From: a virus | Lineage: Duplodnaviria > Caudoviricetes | Length of the DNA: 64,000 bases | Direction: 5' to 3' (one strand) | IMG/VR virus record: IMGVR_UViG_3300032218_001677 | Span: 1 to 64,000 of that record | Shown: positions 1-8,204 of the stretch, in pieces | Numbering within the stretch: position 1 is the first letter of the stretch | Layout of the letters: every line of letters starts with the position of its first letter | Made by a program: the position numbers and the translations under genes | The notes under the pieces: generated by a model | What the model saw: the letters and a program-made list of their open reading frames with translations, nothing else | Told to the model about the DNA's origin: nothing | Databases searched by the model: none

Positions 1-691
1 AAATGTCATCAACAGTTACAACTGTGCTGTTTACGGTAGTAGTTGTACCATTAACGGTTAAGTTACCTTGAACAACTGCGTCGTTATTAATAGTAGTTGT
101 ACCACTACCAGCACCAATGCTTACGGTAGTAGCCGCACCAGCAAAGTTGACCGTTGTGGCAGTTGTGTTAACAAGGGCAAAAGTAGTACTACCGGTGGTA
201 AGTGAGGTGGTAATTGCCGGACTGGTACCAAAAACAAGTGCTCCAGAACCAGTTTCGTCTGTAACAGCAGATGCCAAGTTAGATGACGAAGGAGTGGCCA
301 GGAACGTAGCAATACCTGTTCCTAGACCTGAAATACCAGTTGCAACAGGAAGACCAGTTGCATTAGTTAATGTTCCTGATGTGGGAGTACCAAGAATGGG
401 GCTAACAAATGTTGGAGTATTGGCAAAAACCAACGCTCCAGTACCAGTTTCGTCCGAAATAAGGGTTGCTAATTCTGCAGATGTGGTGGCTGCGAACTGA
501 GCCAAAGTACCAGTGTTAGCAACTGTTACCCAGGCACCACTACTGTAATACCGAATTTTATTTGCAGCAGTGTCATAGTAAATAACTCCAGCCGTAGGGG
601 CTGGTGATGTTGGGGCAGTTCCTAAGTTTTGCAACTTAACGTTGCGCAACTCATTGCCATTAAGATCAAGATTATTTAGAAATTTAGACAT
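1..691 (-). CDS. Tail fibre / virion structural protein, truncated by window start
   Basis: Not in the ORF track. ATG at 691 after GAGG; translates MSKFLNNLDLNGNELRNVKLQNLGTAP...SAVTDETGSGALVFGTSP..., a Thr/Gly/Ala-rich fibre-like sequence that stays open to the window edge. Confidence 0.75.
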   Translation of the reverse strand, partial: MSKFLNNLDLNGNELRNVKLQNLGTAPTSPAPTAGVIYYDTAANKIRYYSSGAWVTVANTGTLAQFAATTSAELATLISDETGTGALVFANTPTFVSPILGTPTSGTLTNATGLPVATGISGLGTGIATFLATPSSSNLASAVTDETGSGALVFGTSPAITTSLTTGSTTFALVNTTATTVNFAGAATTVSIGAGSGTTTINNDAVVQGNLTVNGTTTTVNSTVVTVDDI

Positions 692-697
692 GATACC

Positions 698-1132
698 TCA
701 CGATAAGTAAGCAAAACCCCCAAATGGGGCTGAAAATGAAATGGTTAAAGCACTGACTGATACATAGTTTACATCACCTACGACATAGTTACCTCCGCTA
801 TCCACTACTGATACAGCAGGTCTGTAACCTAAATTATGAGTTATTGTCCAAGTTGCTGATGCCACGCTTTGTGTATGTGCATAACTACCTGAAATTGGTA
901 GTACAAAATTAAGAACTTGAGCAGGCGTAGTTCCTGTAATAGTTACTGCGGGTGTACCTGAGGTAACAGTTCCTACTGATAGAACATTAGCTGGCCCAGC
1001 TACACCAGCTACACCAGGATCATGTATTTCAAGTATATTAGAACCAGTAGTCTTATCAATAGTAGATACTGTAGTGGTTTTAGTTACTGTTACATACTTA
1101 CTACTCGGTTTTGTAACTTCTACAGTGCTCAT
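698..1132 (-). CDS. Virion structural protein (fibre-associated)
   Basis: Short GxxGxxG run plus C-terminal HTQSVASATWTITHNLGYRPAVSVVD motif typical of phage fibre proteins. Confidence 0.6.
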   Translation of the reverse strand: MSTVEVTKPSSKYVTVTKTTTVSTIDKTTGSNILEIHDPGVAGVAGPANVLSVGTVTSGTPAVTITGTTPAQVLNFVLPISGSYAHTQSVASATWTITHNLGYRPAVSVVDSGGNYVVGDVNYVSVSALTISFSAPFGGFAYLS

Positions 1133-1866
1133 GTTGGTGGTGCCGATACTGCTGCTTCAACCACTACCGTTCCAGAAGCTAGACAATCCCAATCTCCTGC
1201 TGAATCCTTTACAAACATGTCAAATGGGTATATACCTGCAGGTACAGTGTTTTTATCTGATATATGAAGTTCTAGTGTTGCACCAGCTATTGGGGCTATA
1301 TAGCCACGACGATTACCAGTTAGGGCTATTACAGTTGCTTCTGAGGGTGTTGTAGCATACCAACGAAGGTCAAGTACAGTAGTTCCAGTACTATCTTTTG
1401 CCTGCATAAAAGCGTCTTGAACAGTCAAAATGTTGTCATTTGCATCACGCCAGGTAAAGTTACGACGGAAATCAACATGCTGCTTAAATCTGATTTCCAT
1501 AGCTTGTGTATCCTCCAAAGGCGTAATATTATCAAGTGCTGTAACAGTAATTGTACCTGCTGCAACAAGTCTTGTTACCTCACCACTTGCACCAGAGTAT
1601 GGAGCATTTCTAGCGTAGGTAGCTAAAACATCGTAATTTAGATTTCCCACTGGCAAATCTGCAGTATCTTCTTCAGTTAGGGCTATCATAATGCCACCTT
1701 CTGAAGTAATAATGGTGGTCATTTCTTTACGACCAGTTGTGCTAGTTTGAACACTTGCACGTGCACTAATAGGATGGATAACACGGTGTGTGCGCTTATC
1801 ACGCACAATAATAAGCCTTTCCCACGCCAGACCCTTATACATAGAATAGTTAACTTTGTTTATCAT
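1129..1866 (-). CDS. Virion structural protein with two tandem beta-rich (BppU-like) repeats
   Basis: The two halves end in similar motifs (LPVGNLNYDVL...VAAGTITV and VPAGIYPFDMF...LASGTVVV). Confidence 0.55.
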   Translation of the reverse strand: MINKVNYSMYKGLAWERLIIVRDKRTHRVIHPISARASVQTSTTGRKEMTTIITSEGGIMIALTEEDTADLPVGNLNYDVLATYARNAPYSGASGEVTRLVAAGTITVTALDNITPLEDTQAMEIRFKQHVDFRRNFTWRDANDNILTVQDAFMQAKDSTGTTVLDLRWYATTPSEATVIALTGNRRGYIAPIAGATLELHISDKNTVPAGIYPFDMFVKDSAGDWDCLASGTVVVEAAVSAPPT

Positions 1867-1943
1867 AAGACCATTCTACCTCGTGGAGTACAGGGTGGGC
1901 CACCCTCAGATAGCCCACCCTTAACCGGATTCCGTTCTAATAA

Positions 1944-2216
1944 TTATACACTGCGCTTGGAGCGTGGTTTAGTAACTTTTAACTCAGGAAGCGCTTTAGC
2001 ATTTTCAATGCTAGTAACTCGAGAATCTATTCGATCTACTTTCCCATCTATTTTGTCTATTTTCCAATTCATCTGGTCAACCTTGATATCGAGTTTATCA
2101 AGTACATGCATGTTTCTATCGTGTTGTTCGGTATTGCGTTTATCAAAACGACTAAGGAACCACATTACAGGGCCTCCAATTAACGCAACTACGACGGGAA
2201 TGTAGATCGGTTCCAT
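1944..2216 (-). CDS. Small membrane protein, holin/XhlA-like
   Basis: One N-terminal TM segment followed by a heptad-like coiled coil and a basic tail. Confidence 0.5.
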   Translation of the reverse strand: MEPIYIPVVVALIGGPVMWFLSRFDKRNTEQHDRNMHVLDKLDIKVDQMNWKIDKIDGKVDRIDSRVTSIENAKALPELKVTKPRSKRSV

Positions 2217-2513
2217 TTACTCGTCGCCTTCCTTTTTGCCAGAAGACATAGCACGACCAGCAGCCAAACCAGTAAGGGCACCACCAATGCTAAACATAAG
2301 AGGCTCAAGGATTTTAAGAAATGCCGCATCATTTGGTGATTGCTCCGATGGTTGGTAAACAAAAATTAAAGAATATAGTAGAGCTCCAACACTTCCTAGA
2401 AGCACACTTACTAAACATATAATAACAATTGCTCGTGTTCTGGCTTCAATTTCCTCAGGGGAGAGGCGTTTGCGTGATGGGACTGACCGTTGTGGTCTGG
2501 TTTCTTGGGTCAT
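2217..2513 (-). CDS. Two-TM membrane protein
   Basis: Hydrophobic segments AIVIICLVSVLLGSVGALLYSLIFV and ILEPLMFSIGGALTGLAAG. Confidence 0.7.
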   Translation of the reverse strand: MTQETRPQRSVPSRKRLSPEEIEARTRAIVIICLVSVLLGSVGALLYSLIFVYQPSEQSPNDAAFLKILEPLMFSIGGALTGLAAGRAMSSGKKEGDE

Positions 2514-2610
2514 CTGCTGGGTTCCTGTATCTATCAGAGCAAGCCGAAAATAGCGTTGCGGATATCATGGTAATGGCAACTATAGTAAATAGTCTACTAG
2601 ATATTTTCAT
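2455..2610 (-). CDS. Small predicted lipoprotein (51 aa)
   Basis: Manual translation MKISSRLFTIVAITMISATLFSAC-SDRYRNPADDPRNQ...; basic N-terminus, hydrophobic core, lipobox-like LFSAC; start overlaps the upstream stop (ATGA). Confidence 0.65.
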   Translation of the reverse strand: MKISSRLFTIVAITMISATLFSACSDRYRNPADDPRNQTTTVSPITQTPLP

Positions 2611-2786
2611 TCTGATTCTTCTTCATCTTCACTAAATAAGATGCCTAGAAAGTGTACAACTAGAGAAATTGCTGAAATCCAAAGACCAAGGGCTCTTGTA
2701 GGCCCACTTAGTGTAATAAGCACCAAACAAGTACCACCAAGAGTCCAGGATAGGGCGGATGTTTCTTTAAAGAATTTCTTAATCAT
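2607..2786 (-). CDS. Small two-TM membrane protein (59 aa)
   Basis: Manual translation MIKKFFKETSALSWTLGGTCLVLITLSGPTRALGLWISAISLVVHFLGILFSEDEEESE; ATGA-coupled on both sides. Confidence 0.7.
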   Translation of the reverse strand: MIKKFFKETSALSWTLGGTCLVLITLSGPTRALGLWISAISLVVHFLGILFSEDEEESE

Positions 2787-4114
2787 TTTTGCTTCCTTGA
2801 GGAGCTAGAAGGGGCGGGCATGGCAAAAGAAGCTGCTGCGGCAGCCACTAGTACGCGTCGTGCCTGAACTGATACTGCAGAACCAGTTGGAACGTAAGTG
2901 TCAAACTTTCCACCAAATACGTCAACTTGCTGCTCAAATTCTTGTTTTACGTTGTCTGGGGCGTTAGTTAGTGCTTCTGAAAGAGCCAAAGCTTGTTCAT
3001 CCGACAATTCACTTGGGACGATTGCATCAATAAGTTCTGTAACCTGGTCGTCAGATAGTTCGTTAAGTACTTCTTCGCTAAAAACTGCAGCGATTGATTC
3101 CTCGGTTAGTTTACTTACATTTATAGATTCTACTAGGTTGGTGATCTCTTCGTCAGATAACTCTGTAATTGATGAGACCAATTCATCTGCTAACTGGTTT
3201 ATTTCTTCTGAAGTAGGGCTATCAGGTATTATTAAGTCTGTTTCAGGTGGTACTTCACTTGTTTTAGGTATTCCATCTGTTTCAGGTACTTCAGGTGCGG
3301 TCGTTATAGGAGGGTCTGTACTCTCCGGAATCGTTGTATCTTCTGGCAACGTCGTCAAGGGTGTCGGGAAAAAGGGACTTAAAGTAGTTGTAGGAGCTAG
3401 AGAAGTCTGCGGGGGCTCCACAATAGTCACAGATGGGCTCGTCGTAGGCGTTGTAGAAGTAGCCACAGTGTCCACAACAGTAGTTGTGGTAGTTACTTCG
3501 ATTACAGGGACAGTCGTCGTTGGGGCAATAGTAGTAGTCGTCGTCGTCGGTGGTGTGGATTCCGTAGTTGGCGGCCATATTGGTTCCTCTGGTAGCGTTG
3601 TCGTAGGCGGTATGATGGGGATCGTCGTTGTAGGGGCTTCTGTAGATGTGGATACTATCACCTCAGTCGTTGTAGTAGTGGTTGTTTCGGGTATTGTAGT
3701 GGTTGGTGGGTCACTTTGTATTCCATTGTATGACAACTCGTATTGAATATTCCAAGCAACTCCATCACGCCAAGCATTCGGATCACCACAACAAGTTGCC
3801 GCTCGTAAACGGTAGTTACCTGCAGGTACTTCTAAGTCAATCTTAGATTGAAGACCTATGTAGTCATCATTGCTTGCAATTTCCTGACCTGTGTCAGCAT
3901 TATATAACCAAAGTTGTGGGTCTGATGGTAGGTCAGCAGATTGATATGTTTGTGCTAAGAATTGTGTAGGTTCTTCAAAAGTAAGCCAATAATCAGTTGG
4001 CTCGGTAACTGTAATTCGCCCATAAGCATGTGCTATGGATATTGGAAATATTGATAAAGCTATAAGGGACCATCTTGAGATACTTATGATATTCCAAAAA
4101 GCTTTTTTAATCAA
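2783..4114 (-). CDS. Secreted/surface protein: PPC-like N-terminal beta domain, Thr/Pro mucin-like stalk, acidic helical repeats
   Basis: Signal peptide ending AHA; DPQLWLYNADTGQEIASNDDY...GNYRLRA resembles pre-peptidase C-terminal domains; long PTTTT tracts; hydrophobic C-terminus. Confidence 0.7.
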   Translation of the reverse strand: MIKKAFWNIISISRWSLIALSIFPISIAHAYGRITVTEPTDYWLTFEEPTQFLAQTYQSADLPSDPQLWLYNADTGQEIASNDDYIGLQSKIDLEVPAGNYRLRAATCCGDPNAWRDGVAWNIQYELSYNGIQSDPPTTTIPETTTTTTTEVIVSTSTEAPTTTIPIIPPTTTLPEEPIWPPTTESTPPTTTTTTIAPTTTVPVIEVTTTTTVVDTVATSTTPTTSPSVTIVEPPQTSLAPTTTLSPFFPTPLTTLPEDTTIPESTDPPITTAPEVPETDGIPKTSEVPPETDLIIPDSPTSEEINQLADELVSSITELSDEEITNLVESINVSKLTEESIAAVFSEEVLNELSDDQVTELIDAIVPSELSDEQALALSEALTNAPDNVKQEFEQQVDVFGGKFDTYVPTGSAVSVQARRVLVAAAAASFAMPAPSSSSRKQK

Positions 4115-4166
4115 TATTCTCCTTATAAGGTGGTCAAGTACACACGATCCTTATAAGTATAGCAAG

Positions 4167-4240
4167 TGCCGGATACGGGAGTTGAACCCGTCTACGGGTG
4201 TTTATAAGACACCTTGTATCAACCGGACGCATCATCCGGC
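4167..4240 (-). tRNA. tRNA-Ile(UAU), no encoded CCA
   Basis: Acceptor GCCGGAT/ATCCGGC, anticodon arm GGTGT-CT TAT AA-ACACC, T arm ACGGG-TTCAACT-CCCGT, discriminator A; weak D stem. Confidence 0.8.
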
Positions 4241-4257
4241 GTCGGTTATTAGGTATT

Positions 4258-4767
4258 TTATATTTTTATAGCAATCCAGCGAATATCAGTATTAAGATTA
4301 TTAATAATTATATTTTTAAAGTTGTTAGCTTCAAGTACAGTACGTAGTTCATTTTCTTTTACATTTGCGTAGTACTCCCAATCACGTATTGGGTTTTCGT
4401 CAATAGCTGAATGTGGGGCACGTCCTTCTCCAGCAGCAGTCCCAATCAGTATTCCATTAATATTAAGGTTTTTATAGCTAGTTTCAAGTATTTGGGGCCA
4501 TTCGCCAGTGTGTTCAAATACCTCACAACACACAATTACATCAACTAACTCATCTGTAATAAAAGTTGCTGCATTTGTAACTAGGTCTACTCCAGGGCCT
4601 TCTTGCATGTCAATTCCCAAGTAAGACTCAGCATCATTAAAAATAGATCTTATAGATCCGTTAATATCAAGACTTCCTATTTCTAGTACCTTATAGGGGC
4701 TATTTCCCCTATCTTGACGCCAATTATCAATTGCATCTTTTGTCCAGTTAAATACTTCAGCATGCAT
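4258..4767 (-). CDS. Class I SAM-dependent methyltransferase
   Basis: VLEIGSLDINGS motif I, YLGIDM, DVIVCCEVFEH. Confidence 0.85.
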   Translation of the reverse strand: MHAEVFNWTKDAIDNWRQDRGNSPYKVLEIGSLDINGSIRSIFNDAESYLGIDMQEGPGVDLVTNAATFITDELVDVIVCCEVFEHTGEWPQILETSYKNLNINGILIGTAAGEGRAPHSAIDENPIRDWEYYANVKENELRTVLEANNFKNIIINNLNTDIRWIAIKI

Positions 4768-5420
4768 TATTTATTACCCCATTTTTCTTTGTATAGTTTT
4801 TCATCAATAATTACTGCAGATAAAAAGTCTGGTGGTGGATCACCATTAACTGTATGAGATATATTACCAGTTGCATGACACTTTCCTGTTATTCCTATTC
4901 TTTTATTTGCAACTTTACTAACCCAGGTTTTTACATCATCATCTCCATACCACCACTTCATTCTTTCATCAAAACGCCACTTACTAACTAACTCAGAGGG
5001 CATAATCATGCAAAATCCAGCAAATTCTGAGGTAGGAGTAAAATACTCTTGAAAAGTAGTGTCTGACCATGGACATAACAACCCAATAGTGTTATCGTTT
5101 TCTAGTATTTCACAAGAAATAGACAGTGCATTTTCTGATAGCACAACATCATCATTAATTATGGCTATGTGGCGATTGTTTGGTTGAACTTGGTCCATTC
5201 CCATATTCCACATCTTGTGAATGCCTATTCCAAGAGGAACTTGCAGCAAAACAAAGTTATAAGTCTTGGATAGGGGCTCTAACGTAGCGTAAGCAGCATC
5301 TCCATCCGCAATTATTACAATTTGTCCTAAAACTGGATCGTTTTTTATGCTATCCAGTAGATTAGCCAGTCCTTCAAAGTTAGACTTAGTTGGAATTACA
5401 ACATCAATTTTAGTTTCCAT
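4767..5420 (-). CDS. Glycosyltransferase, GT-A fold (GT2-like)
   Basis: Start reassigned to METKIDVVIPTK; IAIINDDV motif, FAGFCM, WWYGDDD. Confidence 0.8.
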   Translation of the reverse strand: METKIDVVIPTKSNFEGLANLLDSIKNDPVLGQIVIIADGDAAYATLEPLSKTYNFVLLQVPLGIGIHKMWNMGMDQVQPNNRHIAIINDDVVLSENALSISCEILENDNTIGLLCPWSDTTFQEYFTPTSEFAGFCMIMPSELVSKWRFDERMKWWYGDDDVKTWVSKVANKRIGITGKCHATGNISHTVNGDPPPDFLSAVIIDEKLYKEKWGNK

Positions 5421-5478
5421 ATGGGCATCCCGTAGTATAATATTGATTGTAACAAATATAGCACTATAGGAGCACAAA

Positions 5479-6057
5479 ATGGGCAATGGAGTTACTGTTT
5501 GTATCCCATCAATACAAAAACGATCACAATATTTAGTAAATCGTGCAATACCCAGTGTTTTAACGCAAACATCACCTGTAGACGCTATATCAGTAGTGTT
5601 AGATACAGAAAAAATGGGAGCATGGGAGACACGAAACCGTGCAGTGTCTATGGCCACCACTGAATGGATAGGCTTTTTAGATGACGATGATGAATTAATG
5701 CCCCAGCATTTTGAAGTATTGCTAAATACCGCAAAAACCAATGATGCAGATGTGGTTTGGGGTTGGTTTGAGGTAATTGGAGGGACTGACCCGTTTCCAA
5801 TGCACCGAGGAAGACAATGGGATGTTAACCAACCACATATTTTTCCAATAACTTGCCTAGTTAAAAGACAATTAATACTAGATTCTAATGCAAAGTTTTG
5901 TCCAGACACCATTAATAGTGGTAATTGGGGAGTGCAAGATTTCCCATTTTGGAAAAACTTGCATGATTCAGGTGCAAAGTTCTTTGGAATACCAGATATT
6001 ACGTGGAAATGGTATCATCACGGACAAAACACTTCCGGATTACCTAGTTTGGCTTAG
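5479..6057 (+). CDS. Glycosyltransferase, GT-A fold (GT2-like)
   Basis: VTVCIPS, GAWETRNRAV, WIGFLDDDDEL, QDFPFW; RBS GGAG and upstream TATAAT. Confidence 0.85.
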   Translation: MGNGVTVCIPSIQKRSQYLVNRAIPSVLTQTSPVDAISVVLDTEKMGAWETRNRAVSMATTEWIGFLDDDDELMPQHFEVLLNTAKTNDADVVWGWFEVIGGTDPFPMHRGRQWDVNQPHIFPITCLVKRQLILDSNAKFCPDTINSGNWGVQDFPFWKNLHDSGAKFFGIPDITWKWYHHGQNTSGLPSLA

Positions 6058-6609
6058 TTAAATACCAGGACAGTTGTGGGGATCGCTACAATCTGGGTAC
6101 TTTTGGGCGTGTGATTGCACTTTTTTCATTGCATCTGCTTCAATTTTTCTAACAGTATCCTTACTAACACCATGTTTTTCAGACATTTCTTCCAAAGTTT
6201 GGTCTTGTCCTCGTTTTACACCAAATCTTGACATAACAATGTCTCTTTCACGGTCATCTAAGACGTGTAAAAGTATGTTCATGTCCTGATTATTTGTTGG
6301 TTTTTTAAGATTTGGCTTACGATCAGGTTGTGCAGCATCACTATATGCCTGGTATTTAGTACCAGCTGCAGCACTTCCTTCATTTTTTTCAAGTATGTCC
6401 CCTTCATGGAACATACTTCTAAGCATATTAAACGTTTCTTCAGGAAACGGTGGGATGCCCGCATTATTAGGGTTGTCTCGCATAGCAGCTAGGCGTGAAC
6501 TAGGGTCACTAAACTCAGAAATTGGCTTAAAACGTTGCCTATCAACCTTACGAGCAGGGTCGTTTGCTCTATTAGGCTTGCTTTCTGATGATGCGGGAAC
6601 GTCTGACAT
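6058..6609 (-). CDS. Protein with only a sigma70 region-4 HTH, carrying an N-terminal RxxDPxRK motif
   Basis: C-terminal LDDRERDIVMSRFG...QTLEEMSEKHGVSKDTVRKIEADAMKKV; no recognisable region 2. Confidence 0.75.
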   Translation of the reverse strand: MSDVPASSESKPNRANDPARKVDRQRFKPISEFSDPSSRLAAMRDNPNNAGIPPFPEETFNMLRSMFHEGDILEKNEGSAAAGTKYQAYSDAAQPDRKPNLKKPTNNQDMNILLHVLDDRERDIVMSRFGVKRGQDQTLEEMSEKHGVSKDTVRKIEADAMKKVQSHAQKYPDCSDPHNCPGI

Positions 6610-6611
6610 GA

Positions 6612-7013
6612 TTACTTCTTCTTTTTAAAAGTGTCTTTAGCAAACTTTCCTGCTGCTCCAATAGCAGCCCCAGCTACTGCACCTGCTGCAGACATTGGTC
6701 CATTAACTATGGGAGCATCAGGATTTTCCAAATTAAGGCCACCTAAAGCTGCTGCGCCAATAACGGCTCCTGTTGTTGAAGCTTGTACATATTCATTATT
6801 TGCAGCGTTAATAGCTGTTTGCTTGATACCGTCCATAGTCATCAACGGTGGCACACTTCCAGTTTTATAACCCATGATCTCGTTGGCCCGAGCCTCATCA
6901 GCTCTACTATTGTCTATTGGCGTTCTGCCATTTTTCATAGAGTATGAAGTCCTTGCACTACCATGTGCATGCTCTCCGTCCATTCCGCCTTTTATCGTGG
7001 ATTTAATAGCCAT
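6612..7013 (-). CDS. Hypothetical protein with C-terminal glycine-zipper-like segments
   Basis: GAVIGAAALGG and GAVAGAAIGAAG; RBS AAGGAG. Confidence 0.65.
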   Translation of the reverse strand: MAIKSTIKGGMDGEHAHGSARTSYSMKNGRTPIDNSRADEARANEIMGYKTGSVPPLMTMDGIKQTAINAANNEYVQASTTGAVIGAAALGGLNLENPDAPIVNGPMSAAGAVAGAAIGAAGKFAKDTFKKKK

Positions 7014-7056
7014 AGCTACTCCTTAAGTTGTTTACCCTATTATAGTCTAAGTTGAC

Positions 7057-7761
7057 TTAACCTTCTCGGCCTCTTCGGCGCTCCAGTAATTCAGGATTGA
7101 GTATTTTAGTTTCAATGTGTTCCATAAATGGGTTTTTCTCGTTTATGGCACCTCTTACCCCAGCTTTTGGAACAACATAGGAAATATTCCCTGAATCTTC
7201 CATAAGATTACGATAAGCCAGTACTTTGTTTTCTCGCATAGATTTCCATGGGCTTACCGGAAAGCTTTCCCATAAATTAGCGGCAACATTATCCCTATCG
7301 GGTGGTATCCACAAGGAATCTCTGTATATTTCTGGGTTTATGTGCTCTACCGGTATTCTATAAGTATGTAGTGCCCCTGTACCTCTACGTGAAGCAGCTT
7401 GTCTAGTTCCAACATGGAAAACACCAGGATGGTTGTTTATACCTTTACCGGGTTCATTAACATGAACTGCATCGGTATCTTCTCTATCTTGTGCATAGTT
7501 TTTTAAGAAATCATGATCTAAGAGTTGCTCATGTGTTGGTGTTTCAAGTTCTTTAAATTTCTTTAAGTCAGAATCAAAGCGGTCGTAATATCCCAAATTA
7601 GAACTAGAAAACATGTCTGTACGCATGGGCAATAAATGCGGAGGGGTTTCATCACTAGATCCATGGTGCACAATTATTTCTTTAACACCAGGTTTTAAAA
7701 ATAATGGACTAAACTGCTTACTTAATGTAGCTTGGTTGCGAGTTACTTTGTCTCTATTCAT
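7057..7761 (-). CDS. ADP-ribosyltransferase-fold protein (putative)
   Basis: VHHGS...VFHVGTRQAA...YRNLMEDSGNISYVV pattern. Confidence 0.5.
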   Translation of the reverse strand: MNRDKVTRNQATLSKQFSPLFLKPGVKEIIVHHGSSDETPPHLLPMRTDMFSSSNLGYYDRFDSDLKKFKELETPTHEQLLDHDFLKNYAQDREDTDAVHVNEPGKGINNHPGVFHVGTRQAASRRGTGALHTYRIPVEHINPEIYRDSLWIPPDRDNVAANLWESFPVSPWKSMRENKVLAYRNLMEDSGNISYVVPKAGVRGAINEKNPFMEHIETKILNPELLERRRGREG

Positions 7762-8194
7762 CTGGGTTGTAACCGTCTTCAGACGCTCTTTTCTTGTTCT
7801 TATCAGTTATATCGTCTGCATCATTGGGCCATTCAAACTTTTCATTTTCCATTTTTTTAAGATCTCTACGAATTGGGCCTCTATTTGCCACAGACGCGTT
7901 AATCATAGCTGAAGTTTTGTCGTGCATATCTAGTACGCCTGATTCTGTGTCAGCATAATGTTGCTGAATATCTTCCGATTGTTCACGAACCATTGGAAGC
8001 ATATCTTGAAGCTCAAACAAAGCAGCTCTAGCCTTTCTGTGTGCATTAACTACTGCAGGACCAGGATTGTCTATAGAAGGAACTCCTATAGTATTATTAA
8101 TTAAAGCGTTAAGCCTTGGGGTAGGACGACCAAATGTTCTACGATTTGGGTCTCTACTTCTGTCTGGAAAATTATCAGGGTGTCCGTGTGTCAT
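7754..8194 (-). CDS. Hypothetical protein with N-terminal RSRDPNRR motif
   Basis: ORF with RBS AAGGA; helical middle region. Confidence 0.65.
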   Translation of the reverse strand: MTHGHPDNFPDRSRDPNRRTFGRPTPRLNALINNTIGVPSIDNPGPAVVNAHRKARAALFELQDMLPMVREQSEDIQQHYADTESGVLDMHDKTSAMINASVANRGPIRRDLKKMENEKFEWPNDADDITDKNKKRASEDGYNPDE

Positions 8195-8204
8195 GTTTAA
8201 ATCC

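Noticed and set aside
117-500. Plus-strand 127-aa ORF
   Set aside because: Antisense shadow of the minus-strand fibre gene 1-691
1892-1921. 9-bp hairpin AGGGTGGGC/GCCCACCCT as a terminator
   Set aside because: No U-tract on the transcribed (minus) strand, so function is unsupported
2898-3746. Plus-strand 282-aa Val/Ser-rich ORF
   Set aside because: Antisense shadow of the Thr/Pro-rich gene; ACN codons give stop-free reverse frames
5421-5912. N-terminal extension of the 381-aa track ORF 4767..5912
   Set aside because: Overlaps the genuine plus-strand GT gene on the opposite strand; GT-A homology begins at METKIDVVIP (5420)
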